Shown here in pieces: positions 40,867 to 48,647 of a DNA stretch of 60,030 bases. The stretch spans positions 1 through 60,030 of the forward strand of contig JBBIRR010000026.1 of the NCBI GenBank assembly GCA_037441705.1, in the 5' to 3' direction. Position numbers and translations under genes: made by a program. Every line of letters begins with the position of its first letter. Positions within the stretch are counted from its first letter, which is position 1. The stretch is from Ignavibacteriales bacterium (GTDB lineage Bacteria; Bacteroidota; Ignavibacteria; UBA10030; UBA6906). The notes beneath the pieces are model-generated. The model had not been told where the DNA came from. It did no database searches and saw nothing but the letters and a program-made list of their open reading frames with translations.

Positions 40867-40961
40867 CGCGTCGGGAATGATTCTTCACGATTTTTTCTCT
40901 ATATTGGGGATGTTTTCGCGAACACAATCGTTTGTTCATTTACAATCACAAGAGTAGGCAC

Positions 40962-43658
40962 GTGGAAACGGACGAGAAAGTACGCAGCACCAACGGTGTT
41001 GACTCCGACGACGAACTGCAGCGCATGTTAGACTCGCTGGAGTTTTTCTTTGAATATATGCTAAAAAACAAAGAGTCGGAACAGGCGCCGATTGTTGTCA
41101 GCCGTCTGCTTGACCGCTTGCGGGACTCGGGCGTGAACATGCCCGCGACCACCCGCACGCCGTATATCAACACCATCCCAAAAGAAAAGGAACCCCCGTA
41201 TCCCGGCGACCGCGACCTCGAACGTCGCATCAAAAGCTACATCCGCTGGAATGCGATGGCGATGGTCGTGAAAGCCAACCGCACACACAGCGGGTTGGGC
41301 GGGCACATCTCGACGTATGCCTCGAGCGCAACGCTCTACGAGGTGGGCTTCAATCATTTCTTCCGCGGCGCCGAGGGCGATCGGCCCGCCGACATGATTT
41401 TCTTCCAGGGCCATGCCTCCCCAGGCATCTACGCGCGAGCATTCCTGGAGCGCCGTCTCGAAGCACATCATCTCCACAATTTCCGCCAGGACCTTGCCGA
41501 GGGCGGCGGCATCACATCCTACCCCCATCCGTACATCATGCCGGAATTCTGGCAGTTCCCCACGGTTTCGATGGGGCTCGGCCCGATCAACTCCATTTAT
41601 CAGGCGCGATTCAACCGCTACCTCAAGGCACGCGGCATCCTCACGGGCGGTGATGAACCCCGCGTGTGGGCATTCTTGGGTGATGGAGAGATGGATGAGC
41701 CGGAAGCGATGGGCGCGCTGCGGCTTGCCGCGAACGAACAACTCGACAATCTCATCTGGGTCGTCAACTGCAACCTGCAGCGCCTCGATGGACCCGTACG
41801 CGGCAACGGCAAGATCATTCAAGAATTGGAATCTGCCTTCCGCGGCGCAGGCTGGAACGTCATCAAAGTTATCTGGGGATCGGATTGGGACCCGCTGTTG
41901 AAGGCCGACAAGAACGGTCTTCTCGTCAAACGGATGGAGGAAGTGCTGGATGGGGATTACCAGAAATACACCGTCGAACCGGGCAGTTACACGCGCAAGC
42001 ATTTCTTTGGCAAGTACCCCGAGCTGTTAGAAATGGTGAACCATCTTACCGACGAGCAGATTCGTAAGATGACGCGCGGCGGTCATGACCCGCAGAAGGT
42101 GTACGCAGCGTATCACGCGGCTGTCAACCACAAAGGACAGCCTACCGTGATTCTTGCCAAGACGGTGAAGGGATACGGTCTGGGAGAAGCCGGCGAAGGA
42201 CGCAACGTCACGCATCAGCAGAAGAAATTGAATGAGAAAGAACTGCGTGAGTTTCGCAGCCGGTTCACGATTCCGATTGCGGACGAGGAAGTGGTCGAGA
42301 CGCCCTTCTATCGCCCGGCGGAAGACTCGCCCGAGACGCGCTACTTGCTGGCGCGGCGCAAGGCGTTGGGCGGATTCCTTCCGCAGCGAAGTGAAGCCGC
42401 GCCCCCGTTGGAGGTTCCCTCGCTCGCAGACTTCGGAGAGTTCCTGAAAGGCTCCGAGCGGTTTGAGGTCTCCACCACCATGGCCTTTGTCCGCCTGCTC
42501 GGAACACTGCTGCGCAACAAGAAGATCGGCAACCGCGTGGTTCCTATTATTCCCGATGAGGCGCGCACGTTCGGCATGGACCCGCTCTTCCGCGAAGTCG
42601 GCATCTACGCGCCGAAGGGCCAGCTGTACGAACCGGTGGATAGTAAAACGCTGCTGTACTACCATGAGACGAAGGACGGACAGATCCTCGAAGAAGGAAT
42701 CACGGAGGCCGGCGCGATGGCGTCCTTCATCGCTGCGGCAACGGCGTACTCCACCCATGGCATCAACATGATTCCGTTCTACATCTACTACTCCATGTTC
42801 GGCTTCCAGCGCATCGGCGATCTGGCATGGGCGGCGGGCGATATGATGGCGAAGGGATTTCTCTGCGGCGCGACGGCAGGTCGCACCACACTCAACGGCG
42901 AAGGCCTCCAGCACGAAGACGGCCACAGCCACCTTCTCGCCAGCGCCATCCCCAATTTACTCTGCTACGATCCGGCGTTCGCCTACGAGATTGCCGTGAT
43001 TGTGTGGGACGGGCTGCGACGGATGTACGCGGAGAACGAGAAGGTGTGGTACTACCTCACGCTGTACAACGAGAACTACGCAATGCCTCCTATGCCGCTC
43101 GGCGTGGAGCAGGGCATTCTGAACGGATTGTATCGGTTCAAAGCAGGCGAGCCTAAACTCAAACACAAGGCTCACATCTTTGGCAGCGGACCCATTCTGC
43201 GCGAAGCGCTCCGGGCACAACGGATTCTCGCGGAGGACTACGACGTCTCTGCGGACGTGTGGAGCGCAACGAGCTACAAGCGTCTCCGCAATGAAGCGCT
43301 GCAGGCCCGTCGCTGGAACATGCTGCATCCCACCGCGCAGCCCAAGAAGTCGTATCTCGAACAGGTTCTCGAACAAGAACGCGGCGTGTTCATCGCCGTC
43401 TCCGACTACATGAAGATCGTTGCCGAGCAAATCGCGCCCTGGGTTCCCGGCGGCCTGTTGGCGCTCGGCACCGACGGCTTCGGCCGCAGCGACACGCGCC
43501 AGAAGCTCCGCCGCTACTTCGAAATTGATGCCGAGTGTATCGTGATCGCGACGCTCTACCAGCTTTCACAAAAAGGGATGGTTGCGAAGAAGGCGGTGGA
43601 GAAGGCAATCAAAGAGTTGGATGTTGATCCGGAAAAGGCGTTTCCACAGGTGGTGTAG
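40962..43658 (+). CDS. aceE: Pyruvate dehydrogenase E1, homodimeric type
   Basis: GGHISTYAS, QGHASPG, GDGEMDE...NCNLQRLDGP (TPP motif), YSMFGFQR, EGLQH and GTDGFGRSD. Confidence 0.96.
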   Translation: METDEKVRSTNGVDSDDELQRMLDSLEFFFEYMLKNKESEQAPIVVSRLLDRLRDSGVNMPATTRTPYINTIPKEKEPPYPGDRDLERRIKSYIRWNAMAMVVKANRTHSGLGGHISTYASSATLYEVGFNHFFRGAEGDRPADMIFFQGHASPGIYARAFLERRLEAHHLHNFRQDLAEGGGITSYPHPYIMPEFWQFPTVSMGLGPINSIYQARFNRYLKARGILTGGDEPRVWAFLGDGEMDEPEAMGALRLAANEQLDNLIWVVNCNLQRLDGPVRGNGKIIQELESAFRGAGWNVIKVIWGSDWDPLLKADKNGLLVKRMEEVLDGDYQKYTVEPGSYTRKHFFGKYPELLEMVNHLTDEQIRKMTRGGHDPQKVYAAYHAAVNHKGQPTVILAKTVKGYGLGEAGEGRNVTHQQKKLNEKELREFRSRFTIPIADEEVVETPFYRPAEDSPETRYLLARRKALGGFLPQRSEAAPPLEVPSLADFGEFLKGSERFEVSTTMAFVRLLGTLLRNKKIGNRVVPIIPDEARTFGMDPLFREVGIYAPKGQLYEPVDSKTLLYYHETKDGQILEEGITEAGAMASFIAAATAYSTHGINMIPFYIYYSMFGFQRIGDLAWAAGDMMAKGFLCGATAGRTTLNGEGLQHEDGHSHLLASAIPNLLCYDPAFAYEIAVIVWDGLRRMYAENEKVWYYLTLYNENYAMPPMPLGVEQGILNGLYRFKAGEPKLKHKAHIFGSGPILREALRAQRILAEDYDVSADVWSATSYKRLRNEALQARRWNMLHPTAQPKKSYLEQVLEQERGVFIAVSDYMKIVAEQIAPWVPGGLLALGTDGFGRSDTRQKLRRYFEIDAECIVIATLYQLSQKGMVAKKAVEKAIKELDVDPEKAFPQVV

Positions 43659-43731
43659 AATTATTGGAGGTTTACCTCTTGTGTGTTCCGGGCCCGCAAA
43701 CTTTACTTGTCAAAGCCACGAGTATAAGGTT

Positions 43732-44637
43732 TCAAGATGCAGGAGGCCGGTGGCCCTTACAGATCTTGCAAGTGCATGTGGTGTTTGTGAAATGACGCAC
43801 GCCAACGACGACGTCACCTTTGCGGTCGGCTCTCTTGAAGATATGGTCAAACAAGTCTTCTTCGTTGTTTTCAAGGTATCTTCTGAGAGAGTAAGCACAA
43901 ACGTCAGCAATTTGAACCATGCTCGTCAGTGCGGAGTCTACGAAAAGAGGCGTCTCAATGATATTGTCGATCTGCGTCCAAAGAGTGCCATCGGAATGGA
44001 ACTTTCTCATCAGTTGTGTGTGCTTCTTGGCTACGGTTTCGTTATTATCGTGAATGAGAAGTCCGAAGCTCTTTGTCTGTGCCCCTGTGTTGATTTGACG
44101 GAGAAACTGTTCGAACCGTGATACGACTTGTTCGAAGGCTTGTTCATCAACGGACTGTCGAGTCCGAGAAGGACTGAAATGGAGCTTGTCTATGCATTCG
44201 GCGAACAACCTGGCATATCCCCAGTCGCCTACGGCTTTTGCAATCTCTTCCACAAATGCCCGTCGTTCGGTGTAAGTCAGGTGAACATATGCTTCGGTTT
44301 GAGTGTAGTTCTTTTTTGTCTGCTTGTAGAGGGCTTTCCTGGGGCTCCTTTGGAGGGTGAGCATGTCGCTTTTTCTGAGGCGTTCAACCTCGTACCGCCT
44401 CTGGGCAAACGTCAGTTTTTCGAATCCCTTAATCTTCTTTTGTTCGACGTAGGGCCTTAGAATCCAACCAACATGTATTTCCGCATTCTGAAGCCCATAT
44501 CTGTATTTGATCGCGCTAACTTGCCCCTCAAAGGATTTCCAATGCGATATTGGCAGAGCGAGCCCGCACAGCACATAGTGCGAGGTATTGCCGGGTATGT
44601 CGGATGTTCCAGACTCATCAATGTAACAAAGGTACAC
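43732..44637 (-). CDS. DUF3800 domain protein (RNase H-like fold)
   Basis: N-terminal YIDESG and C-terminal FVDS...VQIAD (DE and QxxD signatures). GGGAG RBS lies 6 nt before GTG 44637 (ATG alternative 44643). Visibly more AT-rich than its neighbours. Confidence 0.88.
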   Translation of the reverse strand: MYLCYIDESGTSDIPGNTSHYVLCGLALPISHWKSFEGQVSAIKYRYGLQNAEIHVGWILRPYVEQKKIKGFEKLTFAQRRYEVERLRKSDMLTLQRSPRKALYKQTKKNYTQTEAYVHLTYTERRAFVEEIAKAVGDWGYARLFAECIDKLHFSPSRTRQSVDEQAFEQVVSRFEQFLRQINTGAQTKSFGLLIHDNNETVAKKHTQLMRKFHSDGTLWTQIDNIIETPLFVDSALTSMVQIADVCAYSLRRYLENNEEDLFDHIFKRADRKGDVVVGVRHFTNTTCTCKICKGHRPPAS

Positions 44638-44657
44638 GTGCATCTCCCATATAAAAC

Positions 44658-44724
44658 AAAAAGCGACTGGAGATGAGGCCTATGGCCCCTCTTCGAGACG
44701 CTAAGCGACTCTTTCCAGACGCTA
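44658..44724 (-). ncRNA. Candidate structured RNA upstream of the DUF3800 gene
   Basis: Minus strand AGCGUCUGGAAAGAGUCGCUUAGCGUCUCGAAGAGGGGCCAUAGGCCUCAUCUCCAGUCGCU-UUUU: a 10-position closing stem with one U-U mismatch enclosing two hairpins, starting where the promoter predicts the TSS. Confidence 0.7.
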
Positions 44725-44728
44725 TGTC

Positions 44729-44757
44729 ATGATAATGACAATCTACCACAATGTCAA
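44729..44757 (-). promoter_or_regulatory. sigma70-type promoter for the RNA-DUF3800 cassette
   Basis: TTGACA (44757-44752), 17-nt spacer, TATCAT (44734-44729). The -10 box lies within the inverted repeat TGTCAT-N4-ATGACA (44725-44740). Confidence 0.75.
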
Positions 44758-44875
44758 CAACAGCTATTCGGGAAAAAGGCAACGTCAAAAACATAAAGGT
44801 CCCATATATGTGTACAAGGCAAGATGCCCATCTTCGATCCGACATGGCTCATAGTATCGATTAGGAGAAACTTCA

Positions 44876-46198
44876 ATGGATGTGCGACTCCCCCGTCTTG
44901 GCGAGGGTGCCGATAGCGGCACCGTCGCCACGATTTTTGTCAAAGAAGGCGAGACCGTCAAGAAAGATCAACCCATTCTTGAACTCGAAAGCGAGAAGGC
45001 CGTTGCCTCCATCCCGACGCCGGTGTCGGGAACGATCACGAAGATTCACGTGAAGGAAGGAGACGAGATTAAAGTCGGCACGCTCATCTTTTCGGTCGCC
45101 GAAAGCGGCGCGCCCGCACATCGGGAGACGGAACGCGCTGAGCCGACACCGGTTGAGGAACCGGCGATGCCTTCAGCAGCCGCCGCTGCCCCAATGCCTG
45201 CCCCAGCGGTCCCCGTTGCTCCGGCGCCGGTTGAGTTCGCGCCTTCGGCACAGGTTCCGGGCGTTCCGCCGCCTGCATCGCCCTCGATCCGGAGAATTGC
45301 GCGCGAACTTGGCATCGATCTCACGCGCATCCGCGGCAGCGAACGCGGCGGCAGGATCGTCATGGCCGACCTGCGCAACTACATTGCGCGCCTGCAGGCC
45401 CTTGCGATGCAGCAGACTCAGGCACAGCCTCAACCGTCCACCCAGCCACCATCCAAACCTGCCCCGGTCAGCATCGATTTCTCGAAGTGGGGAAGTGTAG
45501 AGCGGACGAAAATCTCTCAACTCCGCAGGTCCATCAGTACCAAGATGGTGGCGTCGTGGACCACCGCGCCGCACGTCACGCAGTTCGAGAACGCCGATAT
45601 CACCGACCTTCTTGCCCTCAGAAAAAAATTTCAGAAGGCATACGAGAAGAAGAAGGCGAACCTCACACTCACCCCGTTCATCTTGAAAGCTGTTGTCGAC
45701 ACGTTGAAGAAACATCCGATGTTCAACGCGAGCATTGACGAAGCGGTGGGCGAGATCGTGTACAAGCACTACTACCACATCGGTATTGCCGTGGATACGG
45801 AGCAGGGACTGATCGTGCCGGTGATTCGGGACGTGGACAAGAAGAGCTTGCTGGAGCTTTCGCTTGAGCTGCAGGACCTTGCCGAGCGCACGCGGCAGCG
45901 CAAAGTCAGTCTCGAAGAAATGCAAGGCGGAACGTTTACCATCTCCAACCAGGGCAGCATCGGCGGGGCGCACTTCACGCCGATCATCAACACGCCCGAA
46001 GTGGCCATCCTCGGCATCGGGCGCGGGTCGCTGCAACCGGTGGTGAAGGGCAAGAAGATCGTACAGCGGATGATCCTTCCGCTCGGCCTCTCGTACGACC
46101 ATCGTGTGATTGACGGCGCCAACGCCGCGCGGTTCATCACCGACTTCGTGCAGGCGCTGCAGAGTTTCAACGAAAAGAGCGTGAAGATTGAGGGATGA
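44876..46198 (+). CDS. aceF: Dihydrolipoamide acetyltransferase (PDH E2), single lipoyl domain
   Basis: ELESEKA lipoyl motif, Pro/Ala linker, ASPSIRRIARELGIDL E3-binding domain and YDHRVIDG. Confidence 0.93.
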   Translation: MDVRLPRLGEGADSGTVATIFVKEGETVKKDQPILELESEKAVASIPTPVSGTITKIHVKEGDEIKVGTLIFSVAESGAPAHRETERAEPTPVEEPAMPSAAAAAPMPAPAVPVAPAPVEFAPSAQVPGVPPPASPSIRRIARELGIDLTRIRGSERGGRIVMADLRNYIARLQALAMQQTQAQPQPSTQPPSKPAPVSIDFSKWGSVERTKISQLRRSISTKMVASWTTAPHVTQFENADITDLLALRKKFQKAYEKKKANLTLTPFILKAVVDTLKKHPMFNASIDEAVGEIVYKHYYHIGIAVDTEQGLIVPVIRDVDKKSLLELSLELQDLAERTRQRKVSLEEMQGGTFTISNQGSIGGAHFTPIINTPEVAILGIGRGSLQPVVKGKKIVQRMILPLGLSYDHRVIDGANAARFITDFVQALQSFNEKSVKIEG

Positions 46199-46207
46199 AA
46201 AAGCTTA

Positions 46208-46373
46208 ACCACCAAGGATACGAAGCACACGAAGGGACACGAAGAAGCTGATCAATTTCAACGTTTCTCTCGTCACGCATGGGAAAAATCGTGGTCGAAT
46301 CTCCTTTGTGAAACTTTGTACCCTTAGTGACTTAGTGTTGAACTCATGTATGAAGGCAAAAGACTGTAAAGTG
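46208..46373 (+). repeat. Repeat unit 1 (166 bp, no intact gene)
   Basis: Near-identical to 46921-47076. Confidence 0.92.
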
Positions 46374-46429
46374 ACCACCAAGGATACGAAGCACACGAAG
46401 GGACACGAACTGTTTATGACAAGGCTCCG

Positions 46430-46846
46430 GTGATGCTCGAACGTAGAAGCAAAAAGGAATTCGCTCCTCTTTCTGCCCGAGAGGAAGAAATCGGTCGCAT
46501 GATAGTGGACTCGGCGTATGCTGTCCACAAGGAATTGGGCCCGGGGTTGTTCGAACGAGTCTACGAAGCCGCCTTTTGCTTTGAATTGACTCAGCGAGGG
46601 CTCCCGTACAAGAGACAGGGAGAGTACGACATCGTGTATAAGGGATTGTCTCTCGAAGATGCAGTGAGGTTGGATGTTTTTGTTGACGACTTGGTGATTT
46701 GTGAATTGAAGGCGGTTGATGAGATGAACCCAGTTTGGAAGGCGCAGCTCATAAGCTATCTCAAACTAATGAAGAAGCGCTTGGGGTACCTGATCAACTT
46801 CAATGTCCCGCTCATCAAGCACGGCATAAAAAGATTCGTGGTCTAA
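46430..46846 (+). CDS. GxxExxY protein (PD-(D/E)XK nuclease superfamily)
   Basis: VHKELGPGLFERVY (GxxExxY), RLDVFV...ICELKAV, AQLISYLK and GYLINFN. Confidence 0.93.
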   Translation: MMLERRSKKEFAPLSAREEEIGRMIVDSAYAVHKELGPGLFERVYEAAFCFELTQRGLPYKRQGEYDIVYKGLSLEDAVRLDVFVDDLVICELKAVDEMNPVWKAQLISYLKLMKKRLGYLINFNVPLIKHGIKRFVV

Positions 46847-46920
46847 TCTCCTTTGTGAAACTTCGTACCCTTAGTGACTTAGTGTTGAATTCATGTATGA
46901 AGGCAAGAGACTGTGAAGTA

Positions 46921-47076
46921 ACCACCAAGGATACGAAGCACACAAAGGGACACGAAGAAGCTGATCAATTTCAACGTTTCTCTCGTCATGCACGGCAAAA
47001 ATCGTGGTCTAATCTCCTTTGTGAAACTTTGCACCCTTAGTGACTTAGTGTTGAATTCATGTATGAAAGGCAAAGA
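46921..47076 (+). repeat. Repeat unit 3 (no intact gene; runs into the lpdA start)
   Basis: Near-identical to 46208-46363. Confidence 0.92.
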
Positions 47077-48495
47077 ATGAAGCCCATCAAAACTGAAATC
47101 GTTGTCGTTGGTTCGGGTCCCGGCGGGTATGCAGCAGCATTCTACGCGGCAGATCGCGGCAAGAAAGTGATTATGGTGGAGAAGGATGCCGTTCTCGGCG
47201 GCGTGTGTTTGAATGTGGGCTGCATTCCCTCGAAAGCGTATCTGCATGCCGCCAAACTCATTCAGGAGGCGCAGGACTCCGAGCACCGCGGCATCAGCTT
47301 CGGCAAGCCGACGCTCGATCTGGCCAAGATGCGCGCGTGGAAGAACTCCATCACCGGCAAGCTTGCCGGCGGCGTGGCGACCCTGGCCAAAAGCCGCGGC
47401 GTTGAGGTGATGTTCGGGCGCGGCTACTTCGAGGACTCCAAGACGCTGCGCGTCGAAACGAATGAGGGCCAGAAGTTTATTACGTTCGATCACGCCATCA
47501 TCGCCACCGGCTCGCGTGCAGCAATGCCCACAGCATTCGACCTCGGCAACAGGCGCATCATGACCTCCACGGAAGCACTGGAAGTAGAAGAGGTGCCGAA
47601 GAATCTCCTGGTTGTGGGGGGCGGCTACATCGGCATGGAACTCGGCACCGTCTATGCCACGCTCGGCAGCTCGATCGTCCTGGTGGAAGCACTCGAGACG
47701 ATTCTGACCGGAGCCGACACCGATCTCATCCGACCCGTCGTCAAGCGAGCCGCGGAGGCTTTCAAAGAAATCCGTCTCAAGGCAAAAGTCCTGAAGATGG
47801 CGACACACAAACAGCAGATCACAGTGACGATGGAGTATGATGGGAAGGAGATAGAAGAACTGTACGACCGCGTGCTCGTGGCCGTTGGCCGTACACCGAA
47901 CAGCAGCGACATCGGCCTGGAGAACACGCAAGTCCAGCGAGACGAGCGGGGCTTCGTGAAGGTGAACGACAGGCTTCAAACCGATGACCCGATGATCTAT
48001 GCCATCGGCGACGTCGCGGGCGGCGTGCTGCTGGCCCACAAAGCCGCGAAAGAAGCGCGCATCGCCGTTGATGCCATTCTTGGTGAAAACGCCTCCGCCG
48101 ACGACATTATCATTCCGGCCGTCGTGTTTACGGATCCCGAACTTGCCTGGGCCGGCCTCACAGAAGCGGAGGCGAGACAGCGCAACATTCCGGTGGAAGT
48201 TGCAAAGTTCCCCTGGTCTGCATCGGGCCGGGCGCTCACCTTCGATCGACCCGACGGCATGACGAAGTTAATCATCGAGCCGGAAACCGAGCGCGTGTTA
48301 GGCGTGGGAATGGTGGGCGCGCACGCCGGCGAGTTGATTGCCGAAGGGGTTGTCGCCATTGAGATGGGTGCAACCGTGCGTGATCTTGCCGAAACGATTC
48401 ACGCCCATCCCACACTTTCGGAAACCATCATGGAGGCCGCGCACGCGTTCTACGGCGATGCAACACACATCTACTCGCCGAAGAAGCGACATTGA
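47077..48495 (+). CDS. lpdA: Dihydrolipoyl dehydrogenase (E3)
   Basis: GSGPGGY, GGVCLNVGCIPSK, GGGYIG and HAHPTLSE. Confidence 0.96.
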   Translation: MKPIKTEIVVVGSGPGGYAAAFYAADRGKKVIMVEKDAVLGGVCLNVGCIPSKAYLHAAKLIQEAQDSEHRGISFGKPTLDLAKMRAWKNSITGKLAGGVATLAKSRGVEVMFGRGYFEDSKTLRVETNEGQKFITFDHAIIATGSRAAMPTAFDLGNRRIMTSTEALEVEEVPKNLLVVGGGYIGMELGTVYATLGSSIVLVEALETILTGADTDLIRPVVKRAAEAFKEIRLKAKVLKMATHKQQITVTMEYDGKEIEELYDRVLVAVGRTPNSSDIGLENTQVQRDERGFVKVNDRLQTDDPMIYAIGDVAGGVLLAHKAAKEARIAVDAILGENASADDIIIPAVVFTDPELAWAGLTEAEARQRNIPVEVAKFPWSASGRALTFDRPDGMTKLIIEPETERVLGVGMVGAHAGELIAEGVVAIEMGATVRDLAETIHAHPTLSETIMEAAHAFYGDATHIYSPKKRH

Positions 48496-48647
48496 GATGT
48501 ACGTGACGAGAATGGTACGACGCTCTTGCTGATGCATCCCGCCGTTCACGTTCGTTGCCATTCGTAGGGCTTTTCTCTATATTTTTTTCATCACGAACGG
48601 CAATCTGCCGTAAGGTTTCCATCTTCTTGAGAGGAGATTGTGCTGTC

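Larger units (their letters stand above)
46208..47076 (+). mobile_element. Three-unit tandem array: full GxxExxY element flanked by two internally deleted copies
   Basis: Units start at 46208, 46374 and 46921 with ACCACCAAGGATACGAAGCACAC(G/A)AAGGGACACGAA. Each ends with TCGTGGTC..AATCTCCTTTGTGAAACTT..ACCCTTAGTGACTTAGTGTTGAA..CATGTATGAA. Mobility is inferred. Confidence 0.65.

Noticed and set aside
43659-44875. IS/transposon boundaries for the DUF3800 insert
   Set aside because: No terminal inverted repeats, target-site duplication or transposase seen.
46248-46846. DGR template/variable repeat pair (gene 3' end versus flanking copies)
   Set aside because: Differences are not adenine-specific, several are synonymous, and no reverse transcriptase is in the window.
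46208-47076. CRISPR array interpretation of the three 36-bp left-arm repeats
   Set aside because: Intervening sequences are near-identical to each other or contain a gene, spacing is 166 and 547 bp, and no cas genes are present.
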